Below are positions 1 through 15,429 of a stretch of 64,000 nt of DNA, piece after piece (position 1 is the stretch's first letter; the number at the start of each line of letters is the position of its first letter). This stretch comes from the human T2T-CHM13v2.0 reference genome, Homo sapiens: NCBI RefSeq assembly GCF_009914755.1, contig NC_060929.1. The stretch is one strand, 5' to 3'. The notes beneath the pieces were generated by a model. It made no database searches, was not told the DNA's origin, and saw nothing but the letters and a program-made list of their open reading frames with translations. The position numbers and the translations under genes were made by a program.

Positions 1-1600
1 CCCATGTTTATGGATTGAACATGATAATTAATATTAATATTCTTAGAATTAGAATATTGTTAAAATGTTTATACAACCCAAAGTGAAATACAGATTTAAT
101 GCAATCCCTATCAAAATTCCAATGGCGTTTTTTACAAAAATAGAAAAAAAATCATGTGGAATCAGAAAAGACCCTGAACAGCCAAATCAATCTGCAAAAA
201 GAAAAATAAAGTTGGAGGCATAACACTTCCTGATTTCAAATATATTGCAAAGCTACAGTCCTCAAAACAGTATGGTACTGGTATAAAGACCGACACACAG
301 ACCAATGAAATAGAATAGAGAACCCAGAAATAAACCCTCATATATACGGTGAAATGATCTTTGACAAGGGTGCCAAGGCTACACAATGTGCAAAGAATTG
401 TCTTCAAAAAACAGTGTTGGGAAAACTGGATATCCACATGCAAAAGAATGAAGTTGGAACCTTACCTTACACCATATACAAAAATTAACCCAAAATGGAT
501 TAGACATCTAAACACAAGGCTTGAAACCATAAAGTTCCTAGAGGAAAGCATAGGGAGAATGCTTCATGCCATTGGATTTGACAATTATTTTTTGGATATT
601 ACACCAAAAGCCCAGGCAGCAAACCAAAAACAGACAAATGCACTACATAGAACTTAAAAACTTTTTTGCAGTAAAGGAAACAATTGGCGAAGTGAAAAGG
701 CAACCTGCAGAATGGGAGAAAACATTTGCAAACCATTATTGAAAAGAGGCTAATATGCAGAATATATGAAGAACTTCAACCCAATAGCAACAAAAAACAA
801 TCTGATTTAAAAATGGCCAAAGGACTTGGATTGATAAAAGAAGGTATACAAATGGTGAAGAAGCATTGAAAAGATACTCAACACTACTAATAATCAGGGA
901 AATGCAAATAAAAACCACAATAAGGTATCACCTTGGATCCATTAGGATGGTCACTATCAGAAAAACAAACAAACAAACAAACAGAAAAAACAAACAAAAC
1001 AGTATTGGTGAGGATGTGGAGAAATTGGAACCCTGTGCACTGCAGGAATGTAAAATGGTGCAGTCGTTATAAAAAACAGTATAAAAGTTTTTCGAAAAAA
1101 TAAAACTGGAAAAATAGACTTACCATATGATCTAGCAATCCAATTTCTGAGTATATATACAAAAGAATTGACAACAGGATCTCTGTGGGATATTTGTACA
1201 CCTGTATTAATTGCAGCATTATTCACAATAGTAAAGAGCTGGAAGCAACTTTAATGTCCATTGAAAAATGAATGAATAAAGCCAGTGTGGTATGTACAAT
1301 AATACAGTGGAGTATTATTCAGCCTTAAATGAAGAAGGATATCCTGTTATATGCTACAACATGCATGAAACTTCAAAATATTATTTAAAGTGAAATAAGC
1401 CAATCACAAAAAGAAAAATACTGCATGATTCCAGTTTTATAAGGTGTCTAAAATAGTCAGACTCTCAGAAAACAAAAGTAGAACAATGATTGCATTTTTG
1501 CAAGATGCAAAAATTCTAGATATATATTGAAAAACAATGTACACATAGTTAACAGTGCTGTACTATGCACTTAAAAATGTTTAAGATGTATATTTCAGAT
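1..1600 (+). mobile_element. Old L1 (L1MA-like) 3' ORF2 and 3'UTR fragment
   Basis: Degenerate ORF2 C-terminal peptides (KQCWENWISTCKRMKLEPYLTPYTKIN, IIREMQIKTTIRYHL) with frameshifts, followed by L1M-type 3'UTR. Confidence 0.9.
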
Positions 1601-1762
1601 GTATTTATATGTACAAATATGTGCATATGTCACATTTGCATATATTTTTTCTAAAACTATGGTTATTACAAATTAAATATATATATTTACTTGTAAGCTA
1701 TGGTAGCTATTTAGTAAGTATTTTATACAATGTAAACAAAAAAAGAAAAAATAATGCCTTAC

Positions 1763-1859
1763 TTTGTTGCAGAAGTAGTATTCTCAGGGACTTTAACTAG
1801 TGGTGCTCCTAGCACATAACCCAGAGCATATCCAATCATTGATGTACATTCTGCAATAC
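1763..1859 (-). CDS. SLCO6A1: SLCO6A1 coding exon 4 (97 nt; GIAECTSMIGYALGYVLGAPLVKVPENTTSAT)
   Basis: Acceptor TTATTTTACAG|GT at 1860/1859 and donor AAA|GTAAGG at 1763/1762; continues exon 3 frame; OATP-like GYxLG transmembrane motif; missing from the ORF track. Confidence 0.93.
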
Positions 1860-1966
1860 CTGTAAAATAAGCACTGAAACTGAACATCAAACAATTTCAT
1901 AAGCCAGCTTCGTTATGATAAAAATTGACTGAAATTGATTACTTCTGAAAGCTTTTCATAGCATTC

Positions 1967-2682
1967 TGTATTAGTCAGAGCTCTCCAGAGAAACAAAATC
2001 AATAAAAGACAGAGAAAAACAGTAATGGAAAACCAAGTATCATTATGTTCTCAGAAGTGGGAACCAAGCTATGAGGATGCAAAAGCATAAGAATGATATA
2101 ATGGACTTTGGGGACCAGGGGGTAATGGTGAGAGGTGGGTGAGGGATAAAAGACTGCACATTGGGTATAGCGTACACTGCTTGGGTGATGGGTGCACCAA
2201 AATCTCATAAATCACCACTAAAGAGCTTATCTATGTAACCAAATACCACCTGTTCCCCCCAACACTACTGAAATTAAAAAAAATTTTAAACACAAAAATA
2301 AAAATGACCTTCAAAAAACAAAGACATAGAGAACAGACAGATTCATTTTAAGGAATTGGCTCATACAAAATACAATTATGAGGCCTAGCAAGTCCCAAAT
2401 TTGTAGGGCAGGCCAGCAGGCTGGAAATTCAAGTAAGAGTTGATGTTACAATCTTTAGGTAGAATTGCTTCTTCAGAAAACCTCAGTTTTTGCTCATAGA
2501 ACCTTCAACTGATTGAATGAGGCTCATCCACATTATGAAATCAGTTTTGCTCAAAATCTGCTGATTGTAAATGTTCATCGCATCTAAAAATGACAGTCAC
2601 CAAAACATCTGGAGTAGTGTTTGTCTTTACAACTAGGTGTCATAACCCAGCCAAGCAAACACATAAAACTAACCATCATACA
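1967..2682 (-). mobile_element. MLT2-type (ERVL) LTR interrupted by an L1 3' end
   Basis: tgtattagtcagagctctccagagaaac at the left and aaaactaaccatcataca at the right match reverse MLT2 termini. Confidence 0.75.
2015..2300 (+). mobile_element. L1PB-like 3'UTR fragment
   Basis: agctatgaggatgcaaaagcataagaatgatataatggactttgggga...gtaaccaaataccacctgttcccc followed by an A-rich tail. Confidence 0.8.
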
Positions 2683-3191
2683 TACTATCCAATTCATGTA
2701 TTAGAGAAACTCAGTATATAATTCATTATACTTTATTTAATCTATATATTTAATGTAAAATACATGAAATATATTTAATATAACTAGAAATTAAAAATAT
2801 CTTATTTTATTTAATTTGGGGTGCTCTAGCAAGATGATACTTTAAAGTTATCATTACTTCTGCACCCTTCACCTTAGCTACCAGGATGTGTCAATACACC
2901 TTCGCAATAAGTATATAAAAACAACTTTAAATTTATTTTCAAAAGTGATAGTTAGATAACCCTGTACAAATAGATGATCTACCAGTACCAGAATCTATTG
3001 CAATATAAGACAGTACAGGTTATTCTGAGATATAGCCAGGATTACTTATTGTAGGATACAGTGGCATAGACATTGTAAATAGGGATAGTATGCTATTATT
3101 AATTAAGTATATATACACATATATGAATATACATATTTATAAATGTACATACATATACATAAAGAGTATAATTTTTATTACTTAAGAAAGT

Positions 3192-3595
<404 letters not shown>

Positions 3596-3741
3596 TGATT
3601 TGGAGGTTTAGCATACCAATTATCATTTATTACAATGTTATCATAAGGGCCAATAGTACTTCTATATCAGCTTAGATATGCATACCAAAATTCAAAGAAA
3701 ACTCAAAATGGGTCAATCGTAATAGAGGGGGTAAAACTTGC

Positions 3742-3927
3742 CTAAATAGATACCAGCTGAGTGTGTAGCAACATTCTCATCAATAAAGGTTATTCCAAGG
3801 ATATAAAGAGGCATTCCTGCTATTCCCTGCACAGTCTGCCCAAGGATGAAGAAAGACAGGTATTTTGATTGGAATGATATACCACTGCTCTGGCAACCAC
3901 TGACAACCTTTATTTCTTCGCAAATAT
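3742..3927 (-). CDS. SLCO6A1: SLCO6A1 coding exon 3 (186 nt; DICEEIK...GQTVQGIAGMPLYILGITFIDENVATHSAGIYL), GC donor
   Basis: Acceptor TTTTCAAAAG|AT; OATP motif GQ..GI...P...LG.T.IDENV; donor TAG|GCAAGT; phase 1 at both ends joins exons 2 and 4 in frame. Confidence 0.93.
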
Positions 3928-4123
3928 CTTTTGAAAATACAATGATTATATTTTTGTTAATTGAACTCAAACATAAAACAAATGTGCAGTATTCTTTATC
4001 AAATATTTTACAAGCTATTTCCAAAATTATGCTTTTTTCTTTTAGTTAACATTTCATTTACATTGAATGTAGTAGTACTGCAATCAATCATCATGTTCTC
4101 AGAAAAATGCCATCATACAATTT

Positions 4124-4240
4124 GGGCCAGACACAGCACACACCTGTAGTACCAGCTACTAGGAAAGGTGAAGTGAGAGGATTGTGACAAGCCTGGGCAA
4201 CATATTGTGACCCCGTCTCCAAAATAAAAAATAAAAAAAA
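4124..4240 (+). mobile_element. Alu monomer (FAM/FLAM-like), degenerate
   Basis: cacctgtagtaccagctact...agcctgggcaacata..gaccccgtctc plus A tail. Confidence 0.8.
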
Positions 4241-5110
4241 GGAAGAAATTGTGTGGGAATCCTGCAAAAGATGCATATATTATAAACCAAAACATAAATG
4301 TGCATGCATGATTGTATATATGTGTGCATAAATATGTTTGTATATATATGCATTTGCACATAGACATAGCACATATTCCTCTTAAATTTGGCATCTAGTT
4401 CCCCTGACTTTTGACCCTAGGCTAAAAGTATTTCTAATGTTCTAGATTATCTGCGTTATCAAAGAGTACTTTCTGAGTTTAGTTTTATGTTCACCTCTTT
4501 AACAATCTTTATATTCACTTTGTCTCACTCTGATTAAATAATTTCCCATTTTAGACTCACTAACTTTTAGAACATATGTTCATAAGGACAAGGCATTATA
4601 CAGTAAACATTTCTTTCCGTTAGAGTTAGTCATTATGTGGTCATCCACTAGATTTTAATATCTTCCAGGTCACAGTATATTTCTTATACTTTTTTTATTC
4701 ACATGGTTATATAACAATATTAAGTAAATGCTTGTGTAATTAAATTTGTTTGTAGATTGTTAGATCCAGGCAATACTATTAGATTATATTGGCCATGGTT
4801 ATTTAACCATGGGTTGACATTTAACAAAATGCTCTTAAAATAATATTGTGGAAACACTATTAAAGTGCAGATTGCAATACAGTATACAAATGAAAATTTT
4901 CATCTGGTTTAGTATCCATGTGAAATGATTTTGACTTCATATCAAGTGGGAGGTAGTCTCTACAACTGTCATTCAAATGCCAAAGGTTCAATTTTATACA
5001 GACATATTAACTTGTGATATCAGTGTCAATGTGATATTTCCAACACCCTGACCTCTTAGTTCCTTGAACTTTTTTCCTGTTATGCACTGTACTCCACCTA
5101 CCTTGGCTAG

Positions 5111-5488
5111 TTATATGTTTTGGCTCTGTGTCCCCACCCTAATCTCATGTGGAATTGTAATTCCCAATGTTGCGGGAGGGACCTGGTGGGAGGTGACTGG
5201 ATCACGGGAGCAGATTTCCCCCTTGCTGTTCTCGTGATAGTGAGTGAGTTCTCACATGATCAGGTTGTTTGAAAGTGTGTAACACTCCCCACGTTGCTCA
5301 CTCTCTCCTGCTACAATGTGAAGATAGGCTTGCTTCCCCTTCAACTTCCACTATGATTTTAAGTTTCCTGAGGCCTCCCCAGCCCTCCTGTACAGGCTGC
5401 AGAACTGTGAGTCAATTAAATCTTCTTTCTTTATAAATTACCCAGTCTCAGGTAGTTCTTTATAGCAGTCTGAGAATAGACAAATACA
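5111..5488 (+). mobile_element. MaLR solo LTR (MST-like)
   Basis: tttggctctgtgtccccacc...aattacccagtctcaggtagttctttatagcag...aataca; flanked by gctag on both sides. Confidence 0.9.
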
Positions 5489-6242
5489 GCTAGTCATTTT
5501 AAATGTCAAAAATAATAACTACAAACCTTTCCTAATGATAATTTCAAGCATCTACATTCTAACCACCCCTATCTTTCCGCTCACTCTTTCCAGCAACCCA
5601 ATTCCAACAATCCTTAAAATTCATCAGGGTATATAATCCATTGATTCTGCTCCTTTTCACTATCCCAATGTCCCCTTCATGTCCTTACTTCTTTCACTAT
5701 CATTTAAATACTTTTAATTCCCTTGCTCTCTTTCAAATCATGCAAAACCATGGTAAAACTGCAACCCTACTCAAAATAACTCTTCTTCCCACTCCCTACA
5801 TGTACTGTTAAAGCTTGATGTGGCTGCACAACCATGCAAATCCCACTTTGAGTTCATGATTAATAAACTCAAGGAGGTCCTTCAAGCTCCTGATAATAAT
5901 AAAAAATGCCCCTAATCGATTCACTCTTCCCTTCTCAAAGAAAATTCAAGTTGTTTGTTTCCCTTCTCCTAGGGATCACAGTACTGAGCTTCCTACTGAA
6001 CAACATCTGAAAATAAATGTTTTCTATCAATAGACTAAAATTAATCATTAACTTCCTCTGTGATGACATATATGTCCACTGGAATGCTACAATTAGTTAA
6101 TTAGCAAACTTGGTCATATAAATCAAATGGATGGATGGATAGATATACAGACAAATAATTATCACAGTCTATTTTAAGTTCCTTGAGCCAAGGTTTGAAT
6201 GAATATTGATTTGATGTATGACAGTATATTTTAAAACCTTAC

Positions 6243-6500
6243 CTTCAATTCCTACCTTACTTTGTTTATTTTCTTCATTAATGGATGGAAAAGCACATAA
6301 AAGTGATCCAAGTCCTATTAAAAAGGAGGAAGCTACAAACCATATTACTTTTTTTCTGTCTCCATAGAATGCTATAAATATTGCTACCAGGCCAGATGAA
6401 ATATCGTAACTCTTTTCCAATGCCAACTTCTCAATGGTTTTCAGTTGATATTCCTTCTGAAAATCGCCAATGCTGACATCTATAAGACCAAACACCACAC
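6243..6500 (-). CDS. SLCO6A1: SLCO6A1 coding exon 2 (258 nt; GVVFGLIDVSIGDFQKEY...LLCAFPSINEENKQSKVGIE)
   Basis: Long polypyrimidine tract plus TTTTAG|GT acceptor; donor AAG|GTAAGG; OATP TM1-3-like sequence (SYDI, G.GS....P). Confidence 0.95.
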
Positions 6501-7099
6501 CTAAAATGTAAAAAGAAAAAGAGAAAACAACGATATGCATTTTAAGAGGTCATTATGATTATTACAAAGCAAAATTTAAATTACATGATGTAAGTTTATT
6601 TTAAATTATTCTGAATGTTTAAAAGCTATAAGCAAGTAACAATTCCTTTTCTAAAACATAAATAGGCCTTAACCTCTACAAAATATTCACTAATTGAATT
6701 TTTGAAGCTATTTTTAACTACCTCTCTGAGTAATTTCCTAAAGAATAGTGATTGCTGTGTCATCTCACTTAGTACTGATCTTTGTTTTTATGTATTGCAT
6801 TTCACATTATAAAAAATTTAAAACCATTACTAATATAATATTTATTTATCTACCATATAGAATAGAAAATAAAACATTATCAAAATAGTTAAAGCCCAAT
6901 GCATATTTCCCAAACTCGTTTGTCTCCCTCCCCTCCATAATCAGCATCCTGTATTTAAAGTTTACCAGTTTTTAGCCTTTTTAACATTTTTGACAATACA
7001 TATGTCCTTAGACAATATCAAGTATTGTTTTTCATGTTCCTGAATGTGAAATGAATGGTACCATATTATGTGTATTTCTATCACTCAACATCCAACTAG

Positions 7100-10000
7100 G
7101 AAAAAAGTAATCATAATCACACTAAGAATTTGAAACAAAATTAATTGATGTAGGGATTGATTACAAAAGTAGTACATTAGTTGGAGTCCAAATGGTTACT
7201 AATCAAAATTCATGATATCTATGCAACCAAAGTTACTGGTGCATAGGCTGCTGCTACTATTGCTGCTGCTGCTGCTGTTAGAACTGCAATCACTACATTT
7301 TTTTTTGGCAGGAAGCCAGGAGCCCACAGTCTTCCTATGACAGGGAGCTCACCTGCTGATTTTGATGCCCTTGCAGGTGCCAGAGCCCATGGGCTCTATA
7401 GTGCTGATAGCATCACATTTATTCCTGAGCATAAATCCAGGAGGCTTTAATCACCCAGCATTGCTCCTGATGCCAAAACCACCAGAAACAGAAAGGAAAA
7501 GAGAGTCTTCCCTTTGCCCTTTTTCAAATCTGCTGCCACAGATTCACTTGCAGCATGTAAGTCGAAGTCAGCTGGGCCCCAGCAACTCTGGGAATTGTGG
7601 TTTCAGACTTCCCATTCCCCTTGCAAATAGGAGTGAGTAATGGAGTTCATGGCCAACAGACAAATAACTTGCAGAGTTTATCTTTTAGACTACTTGGTAT
7701 ACATTTTCACCCTTCCTCTCATATTTAAACTTTCATATCAAATAAGTAGCAATATCATCATGCTTCTGCCTAATGTATCACAATTATCATTTTACAGAAA
7801 TGCTGTTACACTTTCTCCCAAAAAAGAGAGGTACACAGTCTAATCAATCACAATATCTATCTCAGTGTAATGTTAATCCTTCAGTTTAATCACAAACCTG
7901 AATGGATTTTTTTAACTTAAAAACCAAATTGCAAAGGTAACCATCAATAGTTAAGCAAATATGTCACAGCCCTAACTAAATTTTTGAGGGGAAATATATT
8001 GCCAAAGAAGCCACGAGCCAGATTTGGAGCCACAACTAGTTTCAGCAGACCAATACCAGCAGGAAACAACATATAAAAACTTTGCTGCACCCAGGATAAG
8101 AATTTTCTTTAACTTTTACATTAGATGTGGCCAAGGAGGATAATGGCCAATGTAGGAAATAAGTCCTGTTAGTAACTGAGTTTATCTCTAAGGTGGGGTT
8201 ATTAATTCCCCTTCCGATTGAGGCATATTCTATAACCTAGAGATTAATTTATATGGTTCTCTACCTTCCATAAAGTATTAATAGAAAAATAAAATAGGAA
8301 AGGAGAGAAAGAGAGAAAATAAAAAACCAGAACATATACATATATAAACATATATACACGCAAATGTACATATGACATATTTGTGTGTGAATCCACAAGA
8401 CAAGCAAGTAAGAGGAAATGCAGAGCTGCTACAAGTTTTATTTCTCTCAGTGGTTATGAGACTATAGTTGATATTCATAGCTTCCTTCTTCTACTATTCA
8501 CTCGCTCTTCTACCCCTTGATCGCAGATAACATACATAGATTGTTCTCTCAAAGCACATACCCCATCCTATAGGACAGCACTACAAACTTGTTTACTACT
8601 GGGAGTGGTTGAATGTTGTCTACTACCACGAGTCTTATCCAAGTCTTCAATAAGACATCATAATTATCTATAAGACCAAAAGTTCTGGTTATTGAGATAT
8701 GTAGTAAAATCAGTGAATTACATGAACATGAACCTTCTGCTATACTTCTTTACTGTAAAATTAGTTCCTTAATTAGAAGCAATGTGTTGGTAAATATGGT
8801 AATACTGCTTTATATGGCATTCATTAAGTCCAGTTATGGTAGTGTTAGCAGGACCATGATGACAAAAGAAGAACCCATATCCAAATAAATGGCTAATTTA
8901 GTGAGGAGAAATTACTGCCCACTTCATAACAGAACCAGAACTATATAATACCTGCCTCCAGGTAACTGGTTGGTTTCACTAAGGAATGGAGCCAGTACCT
9001 AGATTATATTGACTCTTCCTGGTAGCAAGGCAGGCATTCAGCAGTGCAACAACCAGACGAGCTCTGGTGAAGTTAAGGCCATGTATTCACCTCTTATATA
9101 ACCTCCATCCTTGATGTAATTGTCACTATAAATAAGACCCCATTGAACAAGAGATAGAATGGCTAGGGAAAGAGGCTGGCTAATATTCGTATCTATCTAT
9201 CTACTTCATTATTGAGAGCCTCTTGTGCAATGGCTTTCTTTTGGTGAACATTCATTCAGATAGGATAACTCTGCTCATATGGAGAGACTCACCACTTACA
9301 CAGCCTTTCTAATTACCAAATGGTCAAACCACTGGGCAATGTTTGGCAATATGGACAATCAGATGTACTGCTCAATGTTCTTTCCACGGGGAGAATTTCC
9401 TTTTTCCTCTACTTTTCAAGGCCTCCCCTAAGTCTATAATGCTACCATAGCATACTTCTACCATTGAAAAATCACAGAGGCTCACCAAAAAGTGTGCCTC
9501 TTAATAGTGAGTGGTACAATAGCACACACTTTTCCTTCATTTTGGAAGAGAGAGTGTTCCATATACTCCAAACCAATTGGTGTCTAGAACTACTACTGAA
9601 GTGGCAAGCAATTTTTGGTATATAGAATATTTTCTCATAGGATAGATTTTATGTTAATCATTCTGGGAAGGCTGGATCTGATTTGAGTTATGAGTCTGGC
9701 AGCAATGGGGTATGGGATCGTTTATAAGGGGAATTAGCATTCCTTTAACTCAGGTGAGGCCAATTCAATGTCTTCAAGCAAGGAACTGTTTCTCTTCAGA
9801 TATAAGAGGACTAATTGTTCCTACTGGCAAAGAAGGTACAGGATTTGGGGTTTCATGTTTCTCAGGTTCACCAAATTTCACCCAGATGCCTTTATCCTAA
9901 TTCTCAAGGTTTCTTTTTTCTCAAATCAATGCCCCAGCTCCCACAGAAGTGATCTGGTGAGTTTGAGTTCAACTTATGTTGCAATTCTGCCGCCTGTGAG

Positions 10001-10410
10001 TAAGAGTTAGTATTGACCAAAAATATGTGGCTAAAAATAATAAGAGTTTCTTATGAAACTAGGAGAGAAGCTCACACGTTTTCTAACCATACCCTAAACT
10101 TTTCATTTTCCTTCTGTAAACTTTTCAATGCAGTTAAAGGTTCCACCACAAGAGTCAATTGCAGCAGCTATTTTGTCTTTCAATGTCTTGCCTTCAATAA
10201 GAACTTTATCCTAGGCAATAATTTAAATGACTCTTTTTGTCGCTACATGCCATGGATTTCTAGTGAACCATAATTCACAGGCACAAATATCACTGTTTTC
10301 ATTGACTCCAAGCCCAATCATGTCAGACAGCTAATTCCAGATTTCCATCTTTGAGGGTTCGTTAGTTTGTTTTGTTTTGTTTCTCCTGGTTCAATGACCG
10401 GTACAGAATA
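7100..10410 (-). mobile_element. Highly degenerate ERVL-class LTR plus internal sequence
   Basis: 8640-9400 resembles reverse-strand ERVL/MaLR-class internal sequence; no intact ORF; family and boundaries uncertain. Confidence 0.45.
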
Positions 10411-10432
10411 TTATATCAAAAGTCATATTACT

Positions 10433-10723
10433 GGCTGGGTGCAGTGGCTCACACCTGTAATCCCAGCAGTTTGGGAGGCCGAGATGGGTGGATACCTGAG
10501 ATCAGGAGTTCTAAACCAGCCTGACCAACATGGTGAAACCCTGTATCTACTAAAAATACAAAAATTAGCCAGGCGTGGTGGCGGGTGCCTGTAATCTCAG
10601 CTACTCAGGGAGGCTGAGGCATAAGAATTGCTTGAACCCAGGAGGCAGAGGTTTACAGTGAGCCAAGATTGCGCCACTGCACTCCAGCCTGGGCGACAGA
10701 GGGAGACTCTGTCAAAAAAAAAA
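10433..10723 (+). mobile_element. AluS
   Basis: Full dimer; TSD-like aaa(a/g)gtcatatta on both sides. Confidence 0.95.
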
Positions 10724-10991
10724 GGTCATATTATTTTTGTAATTATAGATAAATTACTTTTATTACATTGGTGAAGCTGAAAAAGTTTACTTAAAACATT
10801 TCCAAGCATTTTTATGTTATACATCAGAAATTTTTTTAAAAATAAGATTATTAATAAACACATACTTTAACCAGTTTCTTAGCCATACTATCCTTAATAA
10901 AATGTGATTCATATCTTTTCTGAAAAATATATTTTAGTAGTTTTTACAAAGTTAGGTGCAATATATTAAAGTTGCTTTTTACAGTTTTGCA

Positions 10992-11910
<919 letters not shown>

Positions 11911-14900
11911 GTTAATAAATTTGAAGTTATTACAACCTCTATTGACATGTCACTGTAGAAAATGATATTTTAATTGATAAAAACTCTCTACAAGTGTGTA
12001 AGTGTCTAGTAAGCTCAAAAACAAGCACTGTTAAATGAAGGATGTTCTCAATTATATTTTCATATTAAACTATTTCAACCAAAATATTTCATTCAGAGAA
12101 TATTTCTTTGAAAAATATTTTACAAGACAAAACTCTTCAAATAAGTTGTCTCTATTTATGATTACTTTGTTTCACCAAATTTAGCTATGTAAAGCTATAG
12201 GTCTACTTAAGTTCATTCAATTCAATTTACAAAGTATAAATTTGCCTAGTTAGAGCAAAGGAACTATCCAAAGATTCTTTCCCAAAATAAAAATGTGTAC
12301 AAAGCACAATTAAAGGATTTCTAAAATAAATCTTGTATGCTACTCAAGCTCTCATAGTTTGTTTAGTTCCTCTCTTAGTTTTGGAGGGATGCATTTTAGT
12401 ATCTTCCCATTTTTAAGCTTTGTTTTCAATAATTAAAATTCAACAAAAGCTTCTAATATTTTAGAAGTATGGTGATTCATTCATTGAATACTTTAATGGA
12501 AGATTTTCAGCTGCTTTTAAATAAAAGTACAACTGCAAATTAGAGAATTTATTTATAAAACAGTTCAAAATCATAAATCAACTGAGGTTAATTTATAAAA
12601 TAATGAAAAAAAGTCCAACATTTGTGAAGTCTATTGTTTCCAGGAGGCAAAGAAAGGCAATGTATACCAATAAGATGAAGTATTAATACATAAAAACTTG
12701 AACATGAATAAATGTTTGTAAATGTTGATGTTAAATATTATATTTTCTTAGGATACAATTAGGAATTGTTTGTGTACCAATTCCAAGCACATTTCTGCTT
12801 CACTGCTTTCCTAGTACCATAAGTACATTGTCTTTACTATGATTCTCTACCCAAAAATTCGTGTAAATATCGTTACAGAAATAAATAATTGTATCTTCAA
12901 AAATGAAAGTTTAAACATATAGTATTCACATTAATATCAGGTGTTTATCTTCAACAGAATGAACTTCCAAAACTTTTCTTTAATTTCACAAAAAATAAAT
13001 TATTATTTGAGTTAATTTATTTTCTATTTGAAGTTCCCGATGGTACTGATATAAAGCTGGCATTATCTAACAATTTGAAAAACTGTCCTTCTGCTAATGG
13101 GGTGAATTCATTTACAGCTATTATTTTAATTTTCATATGTGAATATAAAAATTTGGAATTGAAAATGAGCAAAATTAAACTAGAACAGTTAAATCTAGAT
13201 GAAAAAATCATACTTCACAAAATGTTTTGTAAATAAGCCTTTTGCAGCTGCATGTGTTATCTTTTTCAGCTGTAGTCTTCTAAAATCACCATTAACTTCA
13301 GCAGATTTATGTCTTCGGGTTTTTATGTGGTCAGTAATATCACTATGGCCTTTGATAAATAGTAAATGTAAACAATGTACAAGTCTTCATCAATTTGCTT
13401 AAGAATAGCACATGCCATTTTTGATGTCATGGTGCCAAAAAAGGTATACTAGAAAGTAAAAAAGCATTACCAAATAACAAAATCATAAAATGATGGTTAT
13501 ATGCACTATATGATAAATGAAAATACCGTAGTACAAAGTGTGCTTAGACTACTATGCACTCTGTGACTTTACTCTTCGGCCACTGTTTCCTACAGATACT
13601 TTAAGTAAAGCTAATCTATTATGTCTAATGCTTCCCACTGACCCTACCAACAGGTAGCCTGGTGACTTCATGTATCTTGCAAGTCGCAGCATGGACCATC
13701 ACAATTCTGGCTAATATACCAAGTGGGTGGCAGAACCAGCCGCATCAAATACTTGCCCAACCACTCAAAATTGGGTGGAGTTAATTTTAGAGACTAGATC
13801 CAAGATTACTTCATTTTTCAAGAAATGCACATCACACTGTCCCTGAAAGGAATTTTCATTAACACTACATGTGGACAAGGTCTAGAAAGAAAGACAGGTT
13901 ATTGCTGGTTGTCTTTTAGATCTTACTCTATGTCAAAGTAAGAATTGTGTTCAGCACACAAATTTTTTAACCACTGTAAAACAAGACCAAGGCAGAATCT
14001 AAAAGCACAAAGTTAGGACCAACTAAATCCATCCCAGCTTGTTTAAATAAACTATTAATAATAATACTTAGCAAAAAGGGAGAAAACTGCAATGAAAAAT
14101 GGGACAGCTGGCATAAACGGGAGCTGTTTCGCATAAATTAAAGCATATAGTCAACCAGTTAAGTAGTAAATATGTTCCCCTACAATAAGGCAATTAATTA
14201 AACAAAGTAAGGGAAAATTTTATAATGATAAAGAGTATAATTCCAATACAATAACTATCATTATATTAAGTATTAACTGACATAGGGTTAAATAAATAAA
14301 ATGAGAAAATAAAGAAAACATAAAGAGAAACAAACCAAAACAAATCTCAATGTTTTCAAACTGTTATATATCAGGTGAGCAAAAATCAGTAAAATCATAG
14401 AAAATAGCAATATACAATTCTCCTCGATTTATCAAATGTTAATGTTTTGTTATATTTTTCACGAGTTTCCAAATATTCTATTTTAAAAAGTAACATGTTA
14501 AGATACACTTGAACAACTCCCTTTGATATAGTTCCCTGACCTGTTGATTACACTTCCATTAATAGTAGACTAAATAATTCAATTCTCTCATTCTGCTGAG
14601 AATATGAAAGTTAAAAAATACTTTTAGATCTGTTTGAAAGCATAAAGAGCTAACTAAGCAATGAGAAATTATGGGGACAAGATTCAGGAGAAGAAGAAAA
14701 CCCAAACAGATAATCCTTGCCTAACAGACACTTGACACTTCAGTCAATTTAATTTAAGCAATAATGTTGTTACTACAACCTAGAGATATCAGCGTTCCAT
14801 ATTTGCACTGGCAACAAGGTCAGTACTGTCTTCAAATTTAGTCACATCAGAGAAAAAATTCTAGATTTCCCATTTTAAGGAATAATTTCATCTATCAAAA

Positions 14901-15429
14901 AATTGATCATTTTTCATTCAAATACAAAGGAAGACCCACTCTAAAAATGCTAGAAAATGAGGATTTAAGAATTAGGGCTTACATTCAAATATTGGGAGAA
15001 TTGAGAGACAGAAGATTGAGGAAGTCACATAAAAAGTCAGGAAGTTACAGCCAGCAGGCCAGGGGAGACAGAAGCATAGAAAGCATAGAAGCATAAAAGT
15101 TAGAGTCCCTTTGGTTAGGGGTATGCCCCACTGCTATTTCTCCCCTTTATTTTCTTTAAAAAGTCATCAAGAAATTGAGCAATGCTCAAGAGCTTCTGCA
15201 ATAGTTCCCAAGAGCTGCATCAGCCTGCAGGAGCAAAGTGGGTGGTTTTTAAATGCTCAGCAGGATACACGCAACCTCAGACCTGCAAGGATTTGCTTGC
15301 AAACATCTCTGGAGAAGGATGACTCTCCTCTCCTTCTCTTCAAACTTCCAAACATCGCATACGTTACCCTCAGTGGAAAACTCTAAAACAGAATCATATG
15401 GAAAAGGGGGATTTCCAGAAATTTAAATT

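Noticed and set aside
4793-4812. Palindrome ccatggtta-tt-taaccatgg
   Set aside because: 9-bp arms are within chance expectation for 64 kb; no supporting context
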